The notes under the pieces: model-generated
The model's input: the letters and a program-made list of their open reading frames with translations, nothing else
Told to the model about the DNA's origin: nothing
The model's database searches: none
Part shown: positions 49,801 through 58,370 of the stretch, piece after piece
Position numbering within the stretch: the stretch's first letter is position 1
Layout of the letters: every line of letters begins with the position of its first letter
Position numbers and translations under genes: made by a program
Source of the DNA: Candidatus Bathyarchaeia archaeon
GTDB taxonomy: Archaea; Thermoproteota; Bathyarchaeia; Bathyarchaeales; Bathycorpusculaceae
Reading direction: 5' to 3'
NCBI GenBank assembly: GCA_049515895.1
Contig: JBEKTQ010000007.1
Location: forward strand, 110,819 to 174,818
Length of the DNA stretch: 64,000 nucleotides

Positions 49801-50436
49801 ATGAATGTGGAGGAAGTCTTGTCAAAACTGCTAAGCTATTCCATGGAGCTTGACTTAGATTTGTCCAAGCCTGAGGACAGGTTCAAATGGTTTTTAGCTT
49901 CAGTGCTTTTTGCCAAGAGAATATCCGCGGAAACAGCCAAGGAGACCTACCGTTATTTCGAACAAGAAGACTTGACGAGCCCAGATGCAATTTTGCAAGC
50001 GGGTTGGGACCGCCTAGTCGAAGTTCTCGATTCCGGAGGCTACACCCGGTATGACTTTTCTACTGCGACAAACCTCTTGGGAATCGCAAAAACTTTGAAA
50101 GAACAGTACGGCAACTTGGAAAGGCTTCATTCAGAATCCAACAGCCCTGAAGATTTGGAAAGACGCTTGAAAGAGTTCAGAGGCGTTGGCCCCGTGTGCA
50201 TAAGCATATTCCTCCGGGAGCTGAGAGGAATATGGGAAAAGGCAAAACCTGAACCTTCGCCGGCGACTGTTGCAACAGCACAAAAAATTGGTCTAAGAGC
50301 AGAATTCGTTGGGAGATATGAGTCTCAGCTGGTTCGGTTAAATCTTGAGTACTGCAAGAAAAATCGAAGCTCAGAATGCCCGCTTGGCAATAACTGCCCA
50401 GATAGAAAACCTCGTCAGTTAAGACCTTACAGGTAG
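49801..50436 (+). CDS. HhH-GPD-like DNA-binding/glycosylase-like protein
   Basis: FLASVLFAKRI, GGYTRYD, GVGP....FLRE helix-hairpin-helix, C-terminal Cys cluster. Confidence 0.7.
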   Translation: MNVEEVLSKLLSYSMELDLDLSKPEDRFKWFLASVLFAKRISAETAKETYRYFEQEDLTSPDAILQAGWDRLVEVLDSGGYTRYDFSTATNLLGIAKTLKEQYGNLERLHSESNSPEDLERRLKEFRGVGPVCISIFLRELRGIWEKAKPEPSPATVATAQKIGLRAEFVGRYESQLVRLNLEYCKKNRSSECPLGNNCPDRKPRQLRPYR

Positions 50437-50572
50437 CCACCGAATTCACTGAGCAATTGCATCCTGATGACCCAAAGCGTCATTTGCGAGAAGCTCTCAA
50501 GCGAAGCAAGATATTTTGCAGTTTCAGCCAAAGAATTCAATTTTGTCTGAAAAGCAAGATTGCGGTTATTCC

Positions 50573-51157
50573 TTATTTTTGCAGCTGGCAGGATCTTATG
50601 CATTCTACCAGTGACTTGAGGTTTTCCATCCCTTTGTCTAAGGTGACAAAGTTTTCGATTTCGCCTATTGCACTGCGTGGGATTAATACGACTACCTTGC
50701 TCAGGAATGGTCTATTGAACCCAAGTTCCATTGCAGCTTCGTTAGTTAAGGCGACCTGCATGCCCTTGACATGCCAGTCGCTGAAATTTACATCTAACCC
50801 TTCAACTTCTCCTACAACGAAGCCGCTTGGACTGACAACTTTTTTGCCTTCGACTTTGACGGTTTCTAACTGCATCTCTTTATCCGCTACGTCTTTGAGG
50901 CTTCCAATCGGCGCTTTAAGCGTTATTACATCGCCGACTACCTCGATTAACTCAGTTGGCAGGCAAATCATTATTCTGCGCATGAACGGCTTTTTCAAGT
51001 TGAGTTCTGCCGCCGCTTCATCGCCGAGTATTACGTAGAAGGCAGTGGCTTGCCACTTGTAGAAGTCAACATGCAGATCGTTCATTTCGCCCAGTATGTA
51101 GCCTTCCGCTCCAACAACTTTCCTTCCTTTTAACAGTACAGGATTCATCGCGCTCAC
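50573..51157 (-). CDS. tandem PRC-barrel domain protein
   Basis: Two internal repeats G.KVV...G...GEV.....D...W.V. Confidence 0.75.
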   Translation of the reverse strand: MSAMNPVLLKGRKVVGAEGYILGEMNDLHVDFYKWQATAFYVILGDEAAAELNLKKPFMRRIMICLPTELIEVVGDVITLKAPIGSLKDVADKEMQLETVKVEGKKVVSPSGFVVGEVEGLDVNFSDWHVKGMQVALTNEAAMELGFNRPFLSKVVVLIPRSAIGEIENFVTLDKGMENLKSLVECIRSCQLQK

Positions 51158-51579
51158 GTTCTCGGTTAATTCAACAGTTTCGAGAATAAATAACTTGCTA
51201 AATGCCAGCTCACAAGCGGGGAAAGGGTGATAAAAGTTTTTTTCCTCAAGTCTATAACCAAATAGCGATTAAGAAAAACATCAAACATTGGTTTTAGTTC
51301 AGCTATGATCTAAGGTTAATTGATGGCGATTCAATTAAAAGGCGGAGAAGAACGACAACAAGCATTTTTCAGTTGTTGTTGTTCTAAGTTTAGGTTGTAC
51401 AAGCGGCAAAGTGTTGAAGAGATAACCAGTGTTCAGTAGTAGCAGAAGAAGAAGTGTGCACACTGCCATTATCTTCTTCTTTTGACAAAATAAATTTCTA
51501 TGTTTTTTGTTCAACGCACTACTTTACTCTTTTTAAGGATTGAAACAAGCTATGAAGCTAGTTATCGATATATGGTTGT

Positions 51580-51786
51580 TCAACGGTTAGTTTGCCTGTC
51601 CAGCCTACGGAAGATATAGTTTGCTGCTAACCCAACCACCAAGTCAGCGATAAGAAAGTCAATTAAATTAAGAATCCTGAAGAACAGGAGGACCGCAAAC
51701 AGCACCACCAACACAATTGCCACGACTCCGATGCTTCGCTTTTTCCTTTGGATATTAGATGAAGCAGAACCGCTTGACCCGATCAT
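51580..51786 (-). CDS. small two-TM membrane protein
   Basis: 68-aa ORF with two hydrophobic segments. Confidence 0.6.
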   Translation of the reverse strand: MIGSSGSASSNIQRKKRSIGVVAIVLVVLFAVLLFFRILNLIDFLIADLVVGLAANYIFRRLDRQTNR

Positions 51787-52018
51787 TTAGCACACCACAC
51801 CTCACCAATCAATCAATAGCCTATAATCATTGCTGTTGCCAGCCGAAACTGGAAAAATGAAGTTCTTGTGCTTTGTTTTCTGTTGCTTTTTTCTCTTGGG
51901 ATTTGCGCCATTTACAGGTGAATCAAAAAACTTGGCTTCTAAGAACTATCGAAAACTAAGCGATCGCACCTAACTAATTTGGGTAATTCTTAAATAAGAA
52001 CCACCTGAAAAATTAATC

Positions 52019-52537
52019 ATGCTGGGAACCTGAATATTTAGAGACAGAGAACAGATTTGGCACCAAATTCAAGGAATAATTCAGAAATTCAGGGAAAAGG
52101 GAGCAACAAGCCCAGAAAAAGCATTGACCATTCAGGAACTGGGTTTGCCGCCTCGGTTCGAAGAAGCCATGCATCGAAGACTTGGACAAACAGGCATTTT
52201 CTTTGAAGTAAACGGCAAATACTACCTGAATGAAGAGCGGCTTAAACAAATCCAGGAACAACGTGCCAACCGGACTGGTGGCGGCGGCTATAACAGACAG
52301 GGTGCTCCAGGCTGGCTACGTTACGGCAGAGTATTACTCATGTTGCCGATTGGCATCATTATTGTCGGCTTTTTACTGTTTTACTTTTACGTTAGTAACG
52401 GAGCCGGTTACTTTCCAGGTGAAATCCTCCTCATCTTGCTCGTTGTCTCATTGGTGTTGTTTATAGTTCGAATGCTTTTCTGGCGAGCACGAAGGCAATA
52501 CAAACGCGAAGGCTGTATGCAGAACAAAACGCCATAA
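52019..52537 (+). pseudogene. membrane protein with in-frame TGA at codon 5 (or downstream alternative start)
   Basis: ATG 52019 CTG GGA ACC TGA then open frame IFRDRE...GATSPEKAL into the 52124-52537 ORF. Confidence 0.5.
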
Positions 52538-52592
52538 TTACTGTAAAGAAATGGGGCTCTAAGCCCCGAGTTTCATTCTTACGTTTTTGGCT

Positions 52593-54002
52593 CTAAATTT
52601 TGTCCAGGTTGAATGCTTCGTGAATGGCTCGGACAACTTCTTTCCCGTCTTTTTCTTTTACCACAAAAGAAATGTTCAGCTCCGACGAGCCCTGTGCAAT
52701 CATTCGGATGTTTATGCCTTTTCTTGCGACTGTTGTGAATATTTTTGAGGCTACGCCCAAAGTGCCCTTCATATTGGCGCCAACAACAGCTATTACTGCC
52801 ACGTCGTCTTCCGAAGAAATGTCGCTTACTAAGCCACCCCTATCAAGCAAGGCGATTTCAAGGCTGCTTATCGCCCTGCCTAAAACTCCTCGTCGAATAA
52901 CCATTGAAATGTTGGCTTCTGAGGCAGCGGTAGATATCATCATAACGTTAATGTTGTTTTTTCCGAGCACATCGAAAACTTTCGCGTAGCTTCCAGGTGC
53001 ACCAACCATTCCTGCGCCGCTGACGTTTAACATTGCAACTTCCCTTATCATTGCTACCGCTTTAACGACTTGTTTTGCGTTCGCATCAGGCTCTTCCGTA
53101 ATCAATGTGCCTTGGTTTTCCGGATGAAAAACACTGCGTATCCTCACTGGGACGTTTTCTTTTATGACAGGCTCTAGAGCTCTTGGATGCATGGCTTTTG
53201 CGCCAAAAATCGCCATTTCCGCAGCTTCTTGATAGCTTAATTGCGGTAGCATTTTGGCGGCTGGAACTATTTTGGGGTCGGTGGTCATAATGCCGTCTAC
53301 GTCAGTCCATATCCAGACTTCGTCAGCGCCTAATGCAACGCCTAAAATTGTTGCAGTGTAATCTGATCCACCCCGTCCAACTGTTGTCACTACTCCGTTT
53401 TGGTCCGCGGCAATGTAACCTGTAACAACTGGGACGACGCCTTTTTCAAGCAGTGGACTCAGCCTTTCTCGGATCAGGTGAGTGGTAAAGTTCATAAGTG
53501 GGTCTGCTTCCCCGAAGTTTGAGTCTGTTACGATACCTGCTTCTTTGCCTGTGAAACATTGAGTCTCCAGCTTGCGGTCTTTTATGGCTCCCCAAACAAT
53601 TGGTGCTGAAAGCCGCTCGCCGAACGATAGTACATAATCTTTTGACTTAGGCGTAAGCTCGCCAACATAGCATATGCCCGTTAACACCTTCTCGAGTTCA
53701 GCGATAGTTTTCTCTGTGATTTGAGTTACTTCTTTTTGAATCGCCTCGCTACTAATGGCCGATTTGATTGCCATCAAATGCTTCTCCGAAAGTTCCGTTG
53801 TGAAGGCTTGAATTTGTTTTTCATTGCTTCTCTTCGCTTGCTCTGCGACTTCAATCAGGCCGTTAGTTACTCCTGCTAAAGCTGATACAACAACGGCGAT
53901 TCTGCAGTTGTTCTTGGCGTTTTGCTTTATTATAGAACTTACATGGCGTATATTTTCGCCCGTTGCTACGCTGCTACCGCCGAACTTCATGACTACTTTC
54001 AT
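52593..54002 (-). CDS. ask: aspartate kinase (thr-operon isozyme)
   Basis: KFGGSS, SFGERLS, GRGGSDYTA, WTDVDG, two ACT domains (GSSELNIS). Confidence 0.93.
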   Translation of the reverse strand: MKVVMKFGGSSVATGENIRHVSSIIKQNAKNNCRIAVVVSALAGVTNGLIEVAEQAKRSNEKQIQAFTTELSEKHLMAIKSAISSEAIQKEVTQITEKTIAELEKVLTGICYVGELTPKSKDYVLSFGERLSAPIVWGAIKDRKLETQCFTGKEAGIVTDSNFGEADPLMNFTTHLIRERLSPLLEKGVVPVVTGYIAADQNGVVTTVGRGGSDYTATILGVALGADEVWIWTDVDGIMTTDPKIVPAAKMLPQLSYQEAAEMAIFGAKAMHPRALEPVIKENVPVRIRSVFHPENQGTLITEEPDANAKQVVKAVAMIREVAMLNVSGAGMVGAPGSYAKVFDVLGKNNINVMMISTAASEANISMVIRRGVLGRAISSLEIALLDRGGLVSDISSEDDVAVIAVVGANMKGTLGVASKIFTTVARKGINIRMIAQGSSELNISFVVKEKDGKEVVRAIHEAFNLDKI

Positions 54003-54004
54003 TT

Positions 54005-55048
54005 TCAGGACTCCGAGTTTTCAGATAGCATTCGATCTGCTAACTTATGTCTTATATCTAAGAGGTCTCTTAAAACTGCACTGGCAGTCTCCATACCACC
54101 AGCACCCTTACCGATAATTGTTTCCTCACCAGCATATTCCGTGTAAAAAGTCACAGCGTTAAGAACTCCGCTGACGCACAACGGGCTGTTTTTCGCTATT
54201 TCCATGGGTTTGACAGTTGACCCGTTGTGGTCAATTGACCCTAAGAGCTTAATTGTGTTTCCTCTCTTTGAAGCTTCATCAAGCGCTTCCAACGAAACCT
54301 TACGGATGCCCGTAATCTCGACATCCTTTAAGGTTATTTTCTTGTTCAATATCCAGTTTGCCAGAATGACAACTTTGCAGGCTGCGTCGAATCCGTCAAC
54401 ATCCATGGACGGCTCCCGCTCCGCGTAGCCCAGCTTCTGAGCGTTTGCCAGCGCCTCTTGGAAGGTAACACGGTTTTGAGCCATTTCAGTCAGTATGTAG
54501 TTTGTTGTTCCGTTCAGTATTCCTTTTATGGCTAAGATTTTGTCTCCGGCTAAACAGCGCTTAGCGAACTCAAGGACTGGTGTTCCACCGCCGACGGTTC
54601 CGCTGAATCGGAGGCAAACATTGTTGTATTCTGCTAGTTCTGTGAGGGCGGGCATTGCTAAGGCTAATGGTCCCTTGTTGGTTGTGACAACATGTTTTCC
54701 TGTTTGGAAGGCTTTTGTTATGTGCGACAGGGCTGGTTCAGCGTTTTTGATATTAACGGGCGTTACCTCAACAACCACTTCTGCCTCAACAGACTCGATA
54801 ACATCTGACACTGACATTCCAGGGTGACCAAACTCGGGGTCTTTAGAGATTGGAAATCCCCTTTGCCTAATCTCCCCCAATTTTTCGGGGCTTAAACCTC
54901 TTGGGTTTATGACGGCTCCGTCTATGTCAGCTATGGCGACGATTTTTGGGTTAAACCCGTAATCCTTAACTTTTTCTAGGGATCTGTTCGCAAGAATAGT
55001 TGTTACGCTTTTCCCAACTACTCCGAAGCCAACTAAGATTATCCTCAT
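54005..55048 (-). CDS. hom: homoserine dehydrogenase
   Basis: GFGVVG, HVVTTNKG, TVGGGTP, GILNGTTNYIL, GKGAGG.ETA. Confidence 0.95.
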   Translation of the reverse strand: MRIILVGFGVVGKSVTTILANRSLEKVKDYGFNPKIVAIADIDGAVINPRGLSPEKLGEIRQRGFPISKDPEFGHPGMSVSDVIESVEAEVVVEVTPVNIKNAEPALSHITKAFQTGKHVVTTNKGPLALAMPALTELAEYNNVCLRFSGTVGGGTPVLEFAKRCLAGDKILAIKGILNGTTNYILTEMAQNRVTFQEALANAQKLGYAEREPSMDVDGFDAACKVVILANWILNKKITLKDVEITGIRKVSLEALDEASKRGNTIKLLGSIDHNGSTVKPMEIAKNSPLCVSGVLNAVTFYTEYAGEETIIGKGAGGMETASAVLRDLLDIRHKLADRMLSENSES

Positions 55049-55055
55049 TTTTTGT

Positions 55056-56306
55056 TCACCTAGCCAGAATCACTTTTTGCTGTTTTAACCCCAGAGCATG
55101 CTCAATAGCCAACATATCAGCGTCGACTTCAACCGGTTTTTCGCATTGCTTTATCGCGGTGTCGGGGTCTTTTAATCCATGTCCAGTGGTAATACAGACA
55201 ACCCGTTCGTCTTTACCTATGACGCCACTTTTAACCAGCTTCTTTAACCCTGCGATTGACGAGGCACTTGCAGGCTCTACAAAGATCCCTTCAATTCTAG
55301 CCAACATTTTCTGTGCATCCAAGATTTCGTCGTCGGTAACGGTTTCGGCGGTGCCGTGGGATTCGTGGATGGCGTTAATGGCTTTTTTCCAGCTAACTGG
55401 AGCACCAATTCGGATGGCAGTGGCGACTGTTTCCGGATGTTCAACAGGAATGATTTTGTCGCTGTTGGTTTTGATTGCTTGTGCTATGGGCGCCGAACCA
55501 GTTGCTTGAATTCCGGTCATTTTTGGCAATTTTTTTATGAATCCAAGTTTGTAGAATTCAGTCAAGCCTTTCCAGACAGCACTTATGTTCCCAGCGTTGC
55601 CGACGGGTATGATAATTCTATCGGGGGCATCATTGTTCAGCTGCTCACAGATTTCGTAGCCCAATGATTTTTGTCCTTCAATACGGAACGGGTTAATTGA
55701 ATTAAGCAGGTAAATGTTCTTATGTTTCTCGGCCAACTTCAAGACGAATTCTAGGGATTGGTCGAAGTTCCCCCGTACTTGCAAGACTTTCGCGCCGTGA
55801 ATCATAGCCTGCGCCAATTTACCATAAGCAATCTTGCCCGACGGAATCAGAACAGTACACTTTAATCCTGCCCTTGCAGCGTAAGCCGCTAAACTTGCGC
55901 TAGTATTCCCAGTTGAAGCGCAAATTACGTGCCTGGCTCCAAGCTCGACGGCTTTTGTCACGCCGACTGTCATGCCCCGATCTTTGAAGCTGCCCGTTGG
56001 GTTCTCGCCTTCATTCTTGACGTATACTTCCTTCAGCCCTACTTCGTCGCCTAAGCGTGAAGAACGATGCAAGCCAGTCCCACCTTCATTAAGAGTAACA
56101 ACGTGCGCAGTTTCATGAATGGGCATGAAGTCGCGGTACCGCCAAACAGAAAGTGACTTTGTTTTCCAGTCGCTGCCTTTGAGAGTTTGAGCTAGCTCTT
56201 TAAAGTCAAATTTTATTTCTAGGATATCTCCACATTTCCTACAGAAGTAAACGATATCGTCAATGTCATATTTTGTTTTGCAGTTAATGCATTCTTGGTG
56301 TACCAT
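55056..56306 (-). CDS. thrC: threonine synthase
   Basis: NPTGSFKDRG, ASTGNT, PVGNAGN, EPASA, TGHGLKD. Confidence 0.95.
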   Translation of the reverse strand: MVHQECINCKTKYDIDDIVYFCRKCGDILEIKFDFKELAQTLKGSDWKTKSLSVWRYRDFMPIHETAHVVTLNEGGTGLHRSSRLGDEVGLKEVYVKNEGENPTGSFKDRGMTVGVTKAVELGARHVICASTGNTSASLAAYAARAGLKCTVLIPSGKIAYGKLAQAMIHGAKVLQVRGNFDQSLEFVLKLAEKHKNIYLLNSINPFRIEGQKSLGYEICEQLNNDAPDRIIIPVGNAGNISAVWKGLTEFYKLGFIKKLPKMTGIQATGSAPIAQAIKTNSDKIIPVEHPETVATAIRIGAPVSWKKAINAIHESHGTAETVTDDEILDAQKMLARIEGIFVEPASASSIAGLKKLVKSGVIGKDERVVCITTGHGLKDPDTAIKQCEKPVEVDADMLAIEHALGLKQQKVILAR

Positions 56307-56322
56307 GTTTTTAGCCTCTCCT

Positions 56323-56412
56323 TTAGATGAGCCCCTTAGCTAAGTGAGGCAATGAAGGCTGCTGCTGAACTATCTGTTTAGGCATTATTAATTTTGTCGT
56401 TTGCATTGCCAT
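56323..56412 (-). CDS. possible thrC leader ORF MAMQTTKLIMPKQIVQQQPSLPHLAKGLI
   Basis: Starts at TAATG overlap with upstream stop, ends at TAA directly before the thrC SD (AGGAGAGG). Confidence 0.3.
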   Translation of the reverse strand: MAMQTTKLIMPKQIVQQQPSLPHLAKGLI

Positions 56413-56990
56413 TAGCCCACCAGATTGGATAAAGTTTCATAAACTTTCAAGCTGTCTTTTTTCTCGATGACAATGATGGTTTCCGTCCAGCAAGAAATGA
56501 ACTCAACTATGTTCACGCTTTGCTCCGCCAAAAGTGTTGCTATGAAAGCGACAACTCCTGGAGTCGCCTCCAGCTCTTCAGGCGAGTGCACAACAATCAT
56601 TGTGCAATTGTCATGCTTCATAAGGACGTTTATGCGTTCAGGTAAATCGCTTCTGTCAAGCAGATAAACGAATTTATCGAGCAAATCCACTTTCATGCCA
56701 GTTTTCGAATTAACTTCTTTGCCAGTTATTATGACGGATTTACGATCATAAACCGCAATGCTGCTGCGCTTAAGAAGGTGAAGAACTTTTTCTTCCCTTT
56801 TCTGCTTGTGTTTCTGCAGTTCCTCCGAGTAACGGCGGAGAGCAGCTTTTATTGCGCTTGGATCTTTAGTTTTTAATTCTTTCTGTATTTGCCTTGCCAA
56901 CTCGCTGAGATTCACAATACCTTTTTCCAAGGCTTCAAGTAAGTACGGCTTATTTCTCAGATAATTCCTAACGCTTTGAGCTACACTCAT
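56412..56990 (-). CDS. HTH-like + ACT domain protein (putative amino-acid-sensing regulator)
   Basis: N-term NLSELARQI...AIKAALRRY helical motif; C-term TPGVVAFI...L....NIVEFISCWTET ACT motif. Confidence 0.7.
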   Translation of the reverse strand: MSVAQSVRNYLRNKPYLLEALEKGIVNLSELARQIQKELKTKDPSAIKAALRRYSEELQKHKQKREEKVLHLLKRSSIAVYDRKSVIITGKEVNSKTGMKVDLLDKFVYLLDRSDLPERINVLMKHDNCTMIVVHSPEELEATPGVVAFIATLLAEQSVNIVEFISCWTETIIVIEKKDSLKVYETLSNLVG

Positions 56991-57033
56991 GTTACTCCAA
57001 GATGTATCAAATGGGACATTTAAATTTTGTTAA

Positions 57034-57059
57034 GTAACAAAAAAGTCACAAGGTTTAAG
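57034..57059 (+). promoter_or_regulatory. operator + TATA of argG operon (GTAACAAAAAAGTCACAAGGTTTAAG)
   Basis: 22/26 identical to the lysW promoter element, same orientation relative to the gene. Confidence 0.7.
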
Positions 57060-57100
57060 AAGACAGGGTTCAAGGTTAGGGAAATAGTTCAAGCAAAAAA

Positions 57101-58345
57101 ATGGGGGAACAAAAAATAGCCGAAAAGATAGTGTTAGCGTACTCAGGCGGATTAGACACATCTGTGCTGATCAAGTATCTCCAAGAGAAATACAACGCCC
57201 AAGTGATAACTGTAACCGTTGATGTTGGCCAACAAGAAGATTTGAAAGCCGCTGAGGAGAAAGCCAAAAAACTCGGGGTTCTAAAGCATTTTTCAATCGA
57301 TGCGAAAGACGAGTTCGCGAAGAACTATATTTTCCCAGCGATAAAAGCAAATGCCCTCTATGAGGGGAAGTACCCGATAAGCACAAGCCTCTCGCGACCT
57401 CTCATAGCAGCAAAGATGGTTGAAGTAGCTGAAAAAGAGGGCGCAACAGCTTTAGCTCACGGATGTACTGGAAGAGGAAACGACCAAGTACGCTTCGACG
57501 TCACACTTGGATCCTTAGCACCTGACAAAAAAATTATTGCACCAGTGCGGGAATGGGGAATGACCCGCGAGGAAGAGATAGACTACGCAAAAGCAAGGGG
57601 CATCCCCGTCTCCAATGCAGCCAAAAAGTACAGCATAGATGCAAGCGTCTGGGGGAGAGCAATCGAATGTGGTCTGCTGGAAGATGCAAGTCAAGAACCC
57701 CCTGAAGATGCCTACGAATGGACTACTTCACCTGAAAAGGCTCCAAACAAGCCTGAACTTGTAACCTTAAAGTTTGAGGCTGGCGTGCCGGTAGCCGTCA
57801 ACGACAAAAACATGAAGCCACTTGACATAGTTGAAGCAATGAATAAACTCGCAGGCAGAAATGGAGTGGGCCGAATAGACCACATCGAAGACCGCCTAGT
57901 CGGAATAAAATCAAGAGAAGTCTACGAGTGTCCGGCGGCAACTGTAATCCTGGAGGCTCATAAAGACCTTGAAAAAATGGTTATGACGCGACACCAAGTT
58001 CTCTTTAAGCAACAAATCGATGCAGAATGGGTATTCTTGGCCTACGCTGGTTTATGGGTCGACCCATTAAAGGATGACCTTGACGCCTTCATAAACAAGT
58101 CGCAGGAAAACGTGACTGGGGACGTCAAACTCAAACTTTACAAGGGGAACATGCAAGTTATTGGGCGCTCCTCGGCGATGTCGCTCTACGACAAGAACCT
58201 GGCTAACTACAACATAAAAACCACTTTCAACCAGTCGTACTCCAAGGGCTTTATTGAACTGTGGGGGCTCCAAACAAGAATGTACAATGCACTCAAAAAG
58301 ACAAGCCAGAAAACAGCTGGGAAAACCAAGGAAGCCGAAAAGTAA
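57101..58345 (+). CDS. argG: argininosuccinate synthase
   Basis: LAYSGGLDTS, HGCTGRGNDQVRF, GIKSREVYE. Confidence 0.96.
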   Translation: MGEQKIAEKIVLAYSGGLDTSVLIKYLQEKYNAQVITVTVDVGQQEDLKAAEEKAKKLGVLKHFSIDAKDEFAKNYIFPAIKANALYEGKYPISTSLSRPLIAAKMVEVAEKEGATALAHGCTGRGNDQVRFDVTLGSLAPDKKIIAPVREWGMTREEEIDYAKARGIPVSNAAKKYSIDASVWGRAIECGLLEDASQEPPEDAYEWTTSPEKAPNKPELVTLKFEAGVPVAVNDKNMKPLDIVEAMNKLAGRNGVGRIDHIEDRLVGIKSREVYECPAATVILEAHKDLEKMVMTRHQVLFKQQIDAEWVFLAYAGLWVDPLKDDLDAFINKSQENVTGDVKLKLYKGNMQVIGRSSAMSLYDKNLANYNIKTTFNQSYSKGFIELWGLQTRMYNALKKTSQKTAGKTKEAEK

Positions 58346-58370
58346 AAACAAAAAAACGGAGAGCTGCGAA

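Noticed and set aside
57060-57100. Search for an Arg-rich leader before argG
   Set aside because: The inferred 5' UTR is only about 15 nt with no ORF; regulation appears operator-based
58254-58370. N-terminal extension of argH in the ORF track
   Set aside because: Overlaps argG; the conserved sequence starts at GTG 58371
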